A stretch of DNA of 61,682 nt, filler included. It is 8 parts of 8 records of this genome, joined end to end, with 100 filler letters (N's around TTAATTAATTAA, not from the genome) between each part and the next. Parts side by side here need not be neighbours in the genome. Positions count along the whole stretch, not along the records: positions 23,884 to 29,174 come from SRR31147125_16963; positions 29,275 to 43,119 come from SRR31147125_16976; 6 more parts are not named here. One strand, 5' to 3'. Made by a program: the position numbers and the translations under genes. Of the stretch, positions 26,282 through 36,269 are shown piece by piece (position 1 is the stretch's first letter; every line of letters begins with the position of its first letter). The notes below the pieces were generated by a model. It saw nothing but the letters and a program-made list of their open reading frames with translations, was not told where the DNA came from and searched no databases.

Positions 26282-27517
26282 ATGCTAATAAAAAAAATGA
26301 TGTTTTCTCTTAAGGTATTATTCTTTATAATTATATCTTGCTTTATTGAAAGTCACGATGCTGTTACTATAAATAGCGAAAGTATAGAAATTGAATTTAT
26401 TGAAAACTCCTCTATGGAAGAAGTTAATCCAGATAATTCTAACAAGCCAGATAAATGGTCTAATAATTCTTGGGGCGATAATACCGCTAAATTTACATTT
26501 TTGAATGAAGGCTATTTTGGTAACCATAGTGTTAAAGCCGAAATTGAAGAATATGTAAGCGGTGATGCCAAGTGGTTTTTTGATCCTATAGAGCTTATCC
26601 CCAGAGACTATGTTTTTAGTAATTATTATCGCTCCAACGTAGACACAAGGCTTGTACTAGCGATTACTACTAAAAAAGGAAATACAGAATACTCTGATTT
26701 GCCTATCGCTTCTGCATCAGAAGATTGGACAAAATATGAAACATCATTTTCAATGCCTGAGTATGGAGAAACTGTTACCATCTATCATTTATTATCCCAA
26801 GATGGTTATCTTATAACTGATTCTTATCAGATAAAACCTTATAACCATACAGGATTTAATCAGGGTCTGCTAACAATCACTTTTGATGATGGGTGGGAAA
26901 CAAATACACACACAGCACTTCCCATTTTGATAGATCTTGGTTTTAAATCAAATCAGTTCTATGCTACCACCTATATTCAAAATTCAAGGGTACCAAATCC
27001 TAAAGAGCTAATTCAGTTATTTATCGACGCAGGTCATGAGATTGGTTCACATTCTGTAACTCATCCATATCTTACAACATTATCAAAGAAAGATTTAACT
27101 TATGAACTCATAGAATCCAAATCCTTTTTAGAAAACTTTTTAGATGTAGATATTAACTATTTCGCAACCCCATTTGGAGATTATAATGCCCCTGTAAAGG
27201 ATGAAATAATGAAATATTACAGTATTCATCGTACAGCAATAGATTTTGGTTTTAATTCCAAAGATAATCTGGATTTTAGTCGTTTGAAAAGTCAATCCGT
27301 TCTTTCTACTACTACAAAAGAGGAAATAGAGCAATGGGTTAAAAAAGCAAAGGAAGAAAAGTTGTGGCTTATCCTACTTTACCATGAAATTACCGACAAT
27401 CCAAACGAATACGATACCACTGAAGATATGTTTATTGACCATATGCAAGTAATAAAAGATTCAGAAATCTCAGTTGTTACAGTTTCAGAAGCTATTGCAG
27501 AAATTTCAAGTCAATAA
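26282..27517 (+). CDS. Secreted polysaccharide deacetylase (CE4/NodB) with N-terminal CBM-like domain
   Basis: N-terminal hydrophobic signal; TFDDG, HEIGSHSVTH, FATPFG, LLYH motifs. Confidence 0.9.
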   Translation: MLIKKMMFSLKVLFFIIISCFIESHDAVTINSESIEIEFIENSSMEEVNPDNSNKPDKWSNNSWGDNTAKFTFLNEGYFGNHSVKAEIEEYVSGDAKWFFDPIELIPRDYVFSNYYRSNVDTRLVLAITTKKGNTEYSDLPIASASEDWTKYETSFSMPEYGETVTIYHLLSQDGYLITDSYQIKPYNHTGFNQGLLTITFDDGWETNTHTALPILIDLGFKSNQFYATTYIQNSRVPNPKELIQLFIDAGHEIGSHSVTHPYLTTLSKKDLTYELIESKSFLENFLDVDINYFATPFGDYNAPVKDEIMKYYSIHRTAIDFGFNSKDNLDFSRLKSQSVLSTTTKEEIEQWVKKAKEEKLWLILLYHEITDNPNEYDTTEDMFIDHMQVIKDSEISVVTVSEAIAEISSQ

Positions 27518-27549
27518 TTCAGTCCCAATTATTTATGTTAAATATCATA

Positions 27550-28404
27550 CTAGTCTCTAAATAATTGCTCAATACCTTGTGTTCTGTCTAAAATTATTTG
27601 CATTTCATTGTCAGATAAATCTGGCAACTCTGGGTTTTCTCTTTCCAAACCAATCATAAGGTCTAAAAATGAAGCATCGCCAGGTGTAACCATTATTAAA
27701 TTGCCGCAGTTGTAAGTATATCTCATCGCAAGAGCCGCCAACTCATTATCATTTATAATTGGATAATACCACAGACCTTTAACTTTTTCCTCTCCATCTA
27801 GCAAAGGACGTAATGCTAATGTTTTTATTCCTAGTATGCCCATATTCTTTTGTTGTGCCATTTTTAAAACCAATTCGCCCTTACCTGTTCTTATCATACT
27901 AAGAAAATTGAAAGGATGCATTACAGTATCAAAATCAAATTTATTCATCAAATATAAAGCTGAACGTTCTCTGTGGCAAGTAAACCCTAAAAATCTTATC
28001 TTCCCCTGCTGCTTTGCTTTAACTAAGGCTTCCATCGCTCCATTGGGTGCAAATATCTGCTCTAAATCTTCAGAATCGTCAATTGCATGCAATTGATATA
28101 CGTCAAAATAATCTGTATTCATAGCCTTTAATGATTCATTTAATTCCGCTTCAGCTTCAGCTGCTGAACGCTTTTTAGTTTTGCATGCTAAAAAAACATC
28201 TTTTCTATATGGTGTAACTGCTGGTCCAAGAACATACTGTGCATTTTCATATGAGGGTGCTACATCAAAGTAGTTTATACCGTTATCGATAGCATTTTTT
28301 ACAATACCATCTGCCTGCTCTGCTTGTAGGTTTCTTACCATAATCCCGCCAAATGCTATTACCGAAGCATTTATTCCTGTTTTTCCAAGAGTTCTATATA
28401 TCAT
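27550..28404 (-). CDS. Aldo/keto reductase
   Basis: RTLGKTG, GINYFDVAPSY, DYFDVYQLHA, GKIRFLG. Confidence 0.93.
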   Translation of the reverse strand: MIYRTLGKTGINASVIAFGGIMVRNLQAEQADGIVKNAIDNGINYFDVAPSYENAQYVLGPAVTPYRKDVFLACKTKKRSAAEAEAELNESLKAMNTDYFDVYQLHAIDDSEDLEQIFAPNGAMEALVKAKQQGKIRFLGFTCHRERSALYLMNKFDFDTVMHPFNFLSMIRTGKGELVLKMAQQKNMGILGIKTLALRPLLDGEEKVKGLWYYPIINDNELAALAMRYTYNCGNLIMVTPGDASFLDLMIGLERENPELPDLSDNEMQIILDRTQGIEQLFRD

Positions 28405-28473
28405 ATTTCAACACCTTATCATGTTTTATTACTACTCTTATTGTTGTAAATATGATATTTTTTATGTAAAGAG

Positions 28474-28508
28474 ATGTCCTAGATTGCTAAATAAGCAATC
28501 TAGGACAT
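28474..28508. terminator. Perfect 15-bp hairpin
   Basis: ATGTCCTAGATTGCT-AAATA-AGCAATCTAGGACAT. Confidence 0.65.
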
Positions 28509-28658
28509 ATCACCGTTTATTCCAGCTGTGTAAATCACAGCGACACTTGCAAACTTTGCACGCAGTGCGATAGGTCTTGTATTATAATTGCACCTAGGAC
28601 TCTCCAGTCACATAATTATGTTAAAAAATGTGAAAATTCGCTTTAGTGATGTAAAGCA

Positions 28659-29174
28659 TTACTTTTCCTTTAATATCTTCACTCCATAACTATCTAGCTT
28701 CAAAATACCGCTTATGCTTCCTCCGCTTAAAACATCCTCATACTTCAAACTACCTAAATTAATTTCCTTTTCTTCTTTGTTAAAGTTCATAACAAAAACA
28801 AATTTATTATTCTCATCATACCTAGTTTGAATAGAAATACCTTTTGGAATATCTGCATCAATAATTCTTTTTATATTCTCTTGCCCAATTAAATAGCTGT
28901 AAAAATCATTTTCAAAATCATTGTTATTCCTAAAAGCAATGTAGTATGCCTTACCTTTTCCAAATTCATTTACAGTAAATGCAGCACGATTAGCATAAAA
29001 ATCTTCTTTGTAATGCCCTATAGCCTTTGCAGTTTCTGGATGGATTAAATCACATATTTCTTTTACTTCATACGGCTTGTCTTCCATTCCATCCAGTGTT
29101 ACTGTTACATGATTTCTATCCTCTGTATATAATCCGTCGGTTTCTTCTGCCCAAACGCCCAATACCTTACGCAA
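28659..29174 (-). CDS. GH42 beta-galactosidase, C-terminal part
   Basis: LRKVLGVWAEETD, YKEDFYANRAAFTVNEFGKGKAYY, FVFVMNF; resembles the GH42 trimerisation and C-terminal domains. Confidence 0.85.
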   Translation of the reverse strand: MRKVLGVWAEETDGLYTEDRNHVTVTLDGMEDKPYEVKEICDLIHPETAKAIGHYKEDFYANRAAFTVNEFGKGKAYYIAFRNNNDFENDFYSYLIGQENIKRIIDADIPKGISIQTRYDENNKFVFVMNFNKEEKEINLGSLKYEDVLSGGSISGILKLDSYGVKILKEK

Positions 29175-29274
29175 NNNNNNNNNNNNNNNNNNNNNNNNNN
29201 NNNNNNNNNNNNNNNNNNTTAATTAATTAANNNNNNNNNNNNNNNNNNNNNNNNNNNNNNNNNNNNNNNNNNNN
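29175..29274. other. Artificial contig spacer
   Basis: N/TTAATTAATTAA/N linker. Confidence 0.99.
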
Positions 29275-29319
29275 GGATGTTTAATGGGGGGCCTGCTTAA
29301 ATCATAAAGTGGGCAGCAA

Positions 29320-29347
29320 AAAAGCCAGCTATTTCTTGCTGGCTTTT
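29320..29347. terminator. Bidirectional terminator-like hairpin
   Basis: AAAAGCCAGC-TATTTCTT-GCTGGCTTTT. Confidence 0.7.
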
Positions 29348-29380
29348 ATTATTTTTTTTGAATTTAAACTTAGTCGAGGC

Positions 29381-29520
29381 TCAGCGTTTCATTTATTTAA
29401 GAAAATCATTGAAATCCATTTCAACACTTTCACTCCTTTCGATTCTTCTCCATGTTTCTTCAGTCCTGATTGCAAGTTCTAAGTCTTTTAAGTTCCTGAA
29501 AGCTTTAGTTCTTAATAAAA
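29381..29520 (-). pseudogene. Remnant of an AbrB/MazE-type antitoxin C-terminus
   Basis: Manual translation NLKDLELAIRTEETWRRIERSESVEMDFNDFLK*MKR*; no start codon, in-frame stops. Confidence 0.5.
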
Positions 29521-29581
29521 TTACAGGATGTTGAATATGTGCTAATCATCCATCCTGAATTAATAGAGGTAGCACCAGCAG

Positions 29582-29763
29582 GCCTCCCAGGTGGATTGAA
29601 CAGCCAAACCATCAAAGATTATCAAGGCATTAAAAAAGATTTGTTGAGAGTGTGAATGAGATCATTGCCTCGGATAGGGAACAACTTGCAGCATATAATG
29701 TTCATCAGGCCGTGGAGTTCCGTAGCGAGTTGTCGAAAACCATGGTCAACAAGATTCTATAAT
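29582..29763 (+). pseudogene. Decayed gene fragment, possibly a glycosyltransferase C-terminus
   Basis: PPRWIEQPNHQRLSRH*KRFVESVNEIIASDREQLAAYNVHQAVEFRSELSKTMVNKIL*; protein-like but broken. Confidence 0.3.
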
Positions 29764-29845
29764 GTGCTTTAGTAGAGAAAGAGACCGAGAAATAGTAGTA
29801 TATAAAAAGTCGATTTGGGTAAATATAGCGAATGGTAGTTGATTA

Positions 29846-32538
29846 CTATTTTTGCAGCCGGCCTGTAGTTTGAAAGTACTTTAAGTATTTCTCGTTTTTT
29901 ATTGCATTTGGATGGTGGAAATTCCAATCCCCTATATGTTCAATGACGCTTGCTGGAACACACCAACCGATATGCCATCCCTTTATGAAACGAGTCTGAA
30001 AATCGGTCCAACCCCATACCCCATTACCTTGTGGAATTCTATTGTCGAAAACTTGTTTACGTGCAAGGAAGCGACCACCGACAAACCTTGCAGGATAGTA
30101 ACCAATGCCCGAATCATTAATCATGATCCGATTGTTTTTACCTTGACTTGCATACTCTTGAGCACCTGCAACCCCTAGTTTCGGATGTGCCAACAACGCA
30201 GCGACCAGTTTCTGTAACCACCCAGATGTAAAAATACTATCATTATCGATTTTCCCTATAAAAGAAGATTTTGGTCGGCAGTTGGTTAAAAAATAGCTTA
30301 TTCCACCTGCAGCACCATAATTTTTGTCAGCAACAATAAAAACATCAATTATTCCTTGATGTGTTCGAATAAATCTGGCTATTTCACTTATACTATCATC
30401 TGTTGAGGCTTGGTCGATCACTGTGAATTTAACCTGTTCCCAAGGTATCCCACAATCGACTTGCCGCAATGATTCTAGGGTCATCCATGTATATTCGCTT
30501 CGATTGTATGAAAGCATTAGCAGATCTACTAAAGTATCTACCTTACCCGTTTTCTTCATAACACACCAGGTTCTTTTTTCACTATTATTCCCTTCTTTTA
30601 TCTTGTGAAATCCCATACATTGGATAGTAGATACTAGATCTTGTACCTGAGGACGATGTGTATCATCCACGAATAACAAGCCCCCAATCTTTAGGTTTGA
30701 CAGCCAGGGCATACATCCAGACCTATTATTGCCTCTAGGGCCATCAATTACTATTACATCTAACTGGCCGAAATAGAGGTATGGATAGTGTCCTTTTAGC
30801 AGCGGAGAATATAGGACTTTTATTCGATTAGACGCAATTTGACTAATGCGCTCAGCCCGGTCTTTACTTTCTTCGAGTGAAAAAACTTGTTTGCAATTCT
30901 CAGCCAATGCTTTAGCTGAAATTAAATTACCGCTACCCAGGTCCAAGGCAATGCCACCTGGGGTAGTCATTTGTCTAATCGCTTCCTCAAGCCCAGGACC
31001 AGCCGAAAAGCCATTTCTTACTTTGCTCACGTTAAGTGACCTCTTTGTGTGTTTTTCAATGATTTGATGAACCTGCTCGGGTGTTACAACTAAACGTTTA
31101 CTATCATCATAGATTGGATTACATTGATATAAATTTCTACCAAACCAAAAATGAAAAATCATATCATTGTAAGTTACACCAAAACCCCGACGTAAATTTC
31201 TATGACCGTTCCAATTAAAAGGCGCCTCAAAAGAGATCTCCACGTGGGTAGGCAGTAAAGCTTCAACATATTCTTGATTGAACATATCTTTTTCGTGTAA
31301 ATAACTGGTTATCTTTCCAGCTGGATCTAACCATGGCAAACGGTTTGTTCTTCTTCTGGAAAGACTTCCAGCATGTAGATCAAGGTGATATTTTTTCAAA
31401 AGATCTCTATGGAAAACCATGAATGATGGATGTAAATGATAATCAAGTTCACGGCGGGCTACATGATTTAGTATCCCAATAACCTTTTTTTCTCAAGCTC
31501 TCCAAGTGCCCATTGATCCCAGGACTTTATTGGAAAGGCATCCACATCAAATAAAGCAATATACTCATTGCTAGTGTTGTCAACCAAATACTGCAATGTT
31601 TCGCCATGGCATCTTGAAGGTGATCTAAGAACTGTGACGAAATCAAAATCCTGAACAATCTCTAAAAAACGATTTTTTTCCTCCATATTGCTACTATTAT
31701 CAGCGATATAATAATCAAATTCAGTTTTAGTGTGCTCCCTAATTTGAGATAGGTGGGTTGGTAAAACCTTGGATGCATGATGGGAGGCGACATATATACC
31801 AAGCCGAGATTTAAGTTCTGAACGAAATTGAGAATATAATGCACGATTTTTTCGTAATTGCTGGTAATATCCTTTAGGCATTATGTTGAGTGAATGAAAC
31901 ATGTGATAAAAGGATTTACTTGTATTTAATTCATGAAACCGTAAACTTTTAGCTAAACGATCATTTAACTCGGTATCTTCAGCACCATAACCAATAAAGT
32001 CCTCTCGAAAAGGTTGACGTAATAAATGTTGGCGCAAGACAGTGATTTGACTCTTACCAGTAAGACTTAATTTACCTCGATGCGCCATAAATTGTTGCAT
32101 GGAAATGTAGCCAGCCATAAATGAACGAGTCACGGATTCTGATTGAAGAAATACTGGTGTTACAACGACAGTTGTCGGATGCATTTGTAAAGAGATGGCT
32201 TTAAACCACCCAGGACTAATAATCATATCACAGTCTACGATAGAAATATATTCGCCAGATGCATTTTGAACTCCATGATTCAAGCAGCGGACTTTTGAGA
32301 AAAGATCGGTGGGCGTATTGTTAAGAGGGATGTATTTTGCACCGAATTTGGATAAATCGAGTCCTTCGTCGTACATATCCACAACTATTATTTCTGAGGG
32401 CACCTCATGTTCGCGAATTGATTCCAGACATTTGAGTAGTGATTGTTTGCGTCGGGAATATGCGATTATTATGCTGTTTATTGTTGAGATCATATTTATA
32501 TTCTCAATTAAGCAAAACAATTTTTTGTATCTTCTCAA
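29846..32538 (-). CDS. Multidomain glycosyltransferase (GT2-GT2-SAM methyltransferase-GT2); frameshift in A run near 31488
   Basis: 31468-32538 (IIVVD, IVDCDM, GYGAED, LFDVDAFP) continues after a one-base correction as VIGILNHVARRELDYHLHPSF into 29846-31420 (LDLGSG, IVIDGP, LFVDDT; LSYNR, VIDQASTDDS, KIDND). Confidence 0.85.
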
Positions 32539-32549
32539 AACACTTTGAA

Positions 32550-33190
32550 ATTAATCTTATCTACAAAAAATGAATAAGTATCGTTATTCGAATTTTGAAT
32601 ACACGCCAATCTTTTTCCAAATTTCTTTTTGAACGCGGTAATAACTTTTTCCTCCTTTTAAAATGTATCAATTATTTTTTTCTTGGAAAATCCAGGATAA
32701 TATTTACCATTATTGTTTTTGAATTGAAAATTATTATCTTCTTTCGATATCAATATTAGTTATGGAAAATTGGTATACAATTCTATTAACCAATTATCTC
32801 AACAATGAAATGGATCACCAAGTCCAATATAACTATGATAGTTAAGTGTTGATATCTTTTATAATTCCGATTGATCTCATCATTAAATTCAATTAGAAAT
32901 TGTTCAGATTTTTTGTCCTTTTATATTATTCCTTATTTAATTTCAACGAAAATACACTCCAGAATATAAATCAATAACAATATAGTAACTTAAATACTGT
33001 AGCATTTTGGGAATAATATTAACTTTTTAAAAGATCGAAAACCGTAGTCTTGTTATAATTTTGATGTCATGCAAAAAATTAGATGTTAATTCTTTTTTAA
33101 TTCTACAATTTACATAATTCATTCATTAGTACTGAGCTACTTGTATCTTTAATCTTACCCTGGACAATTAAATTAATTATTTTCGCATAT
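32550..33190 (-). pseudogene. Probable decayed ORF downstream of the toxin-like gene
   Basis: About 640 nt AT-rich with broken protein-like stretches (GLGDPFHC*DNWLIELYTNFP*LILISKEDNNFQFKNNNGKYYPG). Confidence 0.3.
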
Positions 33191-33191
33191 A

Positions 33192-34085
33192 CTAGTTCAG
33201 AGAGCATTTTTTACAATTTGGGGCATTATCTTTTATCTTCTCCCAATACTTTATACTTTCTGAAATCTTTGTTCTTTCTTTTTTACATCGTTTTTCCTTT
33301 AATAAATCTTTTGCCTTTTTGATACCTGCTTCATAAGCACTTTTTTCGTCAGCAACACAGTCTTTCATATAACCACCATTATGTTTTTTTTCACATTTTT
33401 TAAAATCTCTATAGGAGATTCTCGGTTCTCCGCCGAACAATGGTTTCGAACTTTTTTCATCTATACTCTTCTTGAAATCACTACATGCTTGTGAATTGTT
33501 TTTAACATGTTGTTCTTCATGAGCCATGATTGTCTCAAAAAGGCATGGATGTTTACTTTTTATCTCAGGTTTTAAAATGTTAATTTTCGGTTTTCCTGTA
33601 CCAACAACTCGAAAATCCCTTTTTAAAAGAAAATTATTAAAATCATCCTGGTGAACTTTTATATCACAATCGATTTTAGCAACATTACCAGAAAGAGGAC
33701 TGTATGATGGATATGAAATATTTTGAAAATTCAAAAATCTACTCTCACTTTTTTCACATTCTATTGTTTTATTTTGTGATCCATTAAGATCCTTTTGCTT
33801 TTGTTTACTTTGCAGATTTCCCTCTTTAACTAAATTCATTACAAATTTTGGTATAATTAGCAATCTTTGTCTGCAGTTGTTCGCAAAGTAGCGAATTCTT
33901 TTTTCACCTGTTTCAGATTTTATTAATCTCTGAACTGCCTGATTACCTATTGTTCTTTGAAGGTACAAAATATGGTCAATAGGCGAATTTGTGATTTGAC
34001 TTTTTCCAGGTTTCGATCTATGGATTACCGAACCTTTTTTATTTAATTCAGGTTTTTTTGTAGTCATTTTTAGTTTTTTGAACAT
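33192..34085 (-). CDS. eCIS-cargo-like protein with Cys-rich HExxH C-terminal domain
   Basis: N-terminal SPIDHILYLQRTIGNQAVQRLIKS; C-terminal CLFETIMAHEEQH...DEKSAYEAG with many Cys. Confidence 0.7.
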   Translation of the reverse strand: MFKKLKMTTKKPELNKKGSVIHRSKPGKSQITNSPIDHILYLQRTIGNQAVQRLIKSETGEKRIRYFANNCRQRLLIIPKFVMNLVKEGNLQSKQKQKDLNGSQNKTIECEKSESRFLNFQNISYPSYSPLSGNVAKIDCDIKVHQDDFNNFLLKRDFRVVGTGKPKINILKPEIKSKHPCLFETIMAHEEQHVKNNSQACSDFKKSIDEKSSKPLFGGEPRISYRDFKKCEKKHNGGYMKDCVADEKSAYEAGIKKAKDLLKEKRCKKERTKISESIKYWEKIKDNAPNCKKCSLN

Positions 34086-34380
34086 TTATTATATTTTTTA
34101 CCAATTGAATATAAGTTCTATGTTAAATAATGATGCATAATCATGAAGCTTGATTACGAATAATAATATTTTTTATGAAAAAAGATTTAGCCTTTCTCGT
34201 AAGTTTTTAAATCGAAATGCAAAGACCACCAAAGAACAATTTGTAATTTAATTCTCTATATGTTTCTTGTATTGCTTTATCATCAGAATAAACCATTGAG
34301 CTACTCAACAGCACACGTTTACCTTTCATATACCTCATGCGCTTAATTTTCAATGACTTAGAATAGATCTTCACAAAAAG

Positions 34381-35337
34381 TTATTCAAATAACGGAGTTA
34401 TCTGGAAATTCTTCATCCATGGCACCTTTCGAAAGTTTTCTATTGATGAATGGGTCTCAAAAGCATGCCAGGCATACTTATTGTTGAAGCTGAACCAAAC
34501 ATCTTCAATCCCGATTTTATCTGTGGAATCCTCTGCTTTGGGGAAATCGGTCAATTGCAAGTATCCATTTTCCTCAACTTTCCACCAGGGCGTCGTTGAA
34601 TTCAGATGATACCAGGTAGCCAAATCATCGGCTAAAACATAAACCGTCAAGTGTCCACCTCCGGAATAAGTTAAGCCAACGACGCAACGAACACGCCACT
34701 CCGGGATGCCTGCTGAAATCAGATATGATGCCAACTCGATGCCCCAATCATCACAATCCCCTTTTAGCAACTGTCGCAATTCATAGGGATACATAAAGAA
34801 TTCACAACCGAAACCCTTTTCGTCATATTCATAAAAATATGGGTTAATCTCTTTAACGCGTGAGTGATGGTATATTCGGTAAATATCGTCGTTACATATA
34901 TTCGGGTTTGATACTAACATGGAATGTTCAGATAAATCCTTATGAATCAGCGAATCGTTAATTGTTATCATTTGTCGTACATCCACAGCAAAATGCATTT
35001 GGTACCCAGGGAGTTTTCTGGCTTTGAAAAGAACGTTAGCTTTAGGGATACGATTGTTCCAATATTCCTCACTATACTTTTCCGGTTCTGGCGGTTTGTA
35101 ACTCCGCACAATCCTTGCACTATATATCAAATCACCTTGAGGGTATCCAGCAACCGTAACCATATACCCGATGTAGTTTTTGTAGGCACTCACCGCAGCC
35201 GCTTTCATCGCATCCAGGGATATCGCCGTTTGAATAGGATACGGAATTGGATAGAACTTATCACTATCCGTCTCTAAAATCACGCTCTCCGCATCCTTAA
35301 CTAATTTGCCTTCAAGTTTTTCGACTTTAGATTGCAT
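34381..35337 (-). CDS. Transglutaminase-like cysteine protease-fold protein
   Basis: GDCDDWGIELASYL...GGGHLTV...WYHLNST; AGGAGG RBS. Confidence 0.8.
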   Translation of the reverse strand: MQSKVEKLEGKLVKDAESVILETDSDKFYPIPYPIQTAISLDAMKAAAVSAYKNYIGYMVTVAGYPQGDLIYSARIVRSYKPPEPEKYSEEYWNNRIPKANVLFKARKLPGYQMHFAVDVRQMITINDSLIHKDLSEHSMLVSNPNICNDDIYRIYHHSRVKEINPYFYEYDEKGFGCEFFMYPYELRQLLKGDCDDWGIELASYLISAGIPEWRVRCVVGLTYSGGGHLTVYVLADDLATWYHLNSTTPWWKVEENGYLQLTDFPKAEDSTDKIGIEDVWFSFNNKYAWHAFETHSSIENFRKVPWMKNFQITPLFE

Positions 35338-35451
35338 GATTGTTCCTCCTATCTTGATAAATTTTTATAAAAATAAAAAAATAATCTATTTTGATGATGA
35401 GCATCTTTACCAAATAATTCTTCAAAGATTTAGACATCTAGATTACATTTT

Positions 35452-35628
35452 TCATTTCTCAATCCGCCTTAGTACCAATAGTTCAATATGTTTCTTCTAT
35501 GGTTCGGTTTGAATAAGCTCTTAATTCTTCTTCTCTAATTGACGTTGCACCTATGGTTCTTACATTTACATGACTTTTCTTGCCACTTGCTCAACGTTTT
35601 ATTCAAATTTATCTCTGGACTTACCCAA
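35452..35628 (-). pseudogene. Decayed eCIS/DUF4157-type leader segment
   Basis: One frame reads LGKSRDKFE*NVEQVARKVM*M*EP*VQRQLEKKN*ELIQTEP*KKHIELLVLRRIEK*. Confidence 0.6.
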
Positions 35629-36246
35629 TCCATGGAAAATTCTTTTGGCCTTAATTCGCGTGTACCCCGCCATCGATGTTCGACAGAGTCTCTTACAGGG
35701 AAATCTTTGAGCAAGCCCCCTGATAAACCTTTTTTGTGTATATCAATCATCGTTAAGATACACGGGGCTCCGTGATGGGCATAAGGAATGAAATTTTTGT
35801 AAACATGTATATTTATCAGTTGAAAATAAGGATGTGAATAGGATATTGCATCTGTGTTGTGAGGGGAAACATTTATACCGTCTTTATTCACAAATTGGAT
35901 TTCACCAACACCAAAAGTCTTGTCTTCAAATAATGCCATCATCTCTTCAATTGGCGGCTTTTGCATAATAATATCTGAATCGAATAATAATGCATAGTCA
36001 GTCTTGGCCATTTCTAATCCTTTATGCATCCCTTTTCCATGACCAATATTATAATCCAAGGAAACCGATCTGACAAATGGATCTCGAATGCTTTTAACAT
36101 ACTGCTTGCAAGAATTATTTGGCAATGAACCATTGATAATTACAATTTGCAACGTTGGATAAAACGTGCGTATGGATTGTAAACTTGCTTCAATTAGGAC
36201 TCTGCCTATTATACGAGACAACAATACCAGTTATATTATTTATCAC
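35535..36246 (-). CDS. GT2 glycosyltransferase (frameshift near 36205)
   Basis: GTG start at 36246 gives INNITGIVVSYNRQS, joining LIEASLQSIRTFYP...NIGHGKG...LLFDSDI. Confidence 0.82.
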
Positions 36247-36269
36247 GATAGTACTGCTAAAAAGCAGTC

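Noticed and set aside
28560-28615. ZTP, glycine or pistol-type RNA motif
   Set aside because: Only isolated words match (GUGACUGG, GGAGAG, AGGUGCAA); the other conserved elements are absent.
29275-29320. End of an rve-type integrase (GGLLKS*S)
   Set aside because: Only about ten codons at the contig edge; too short to support.
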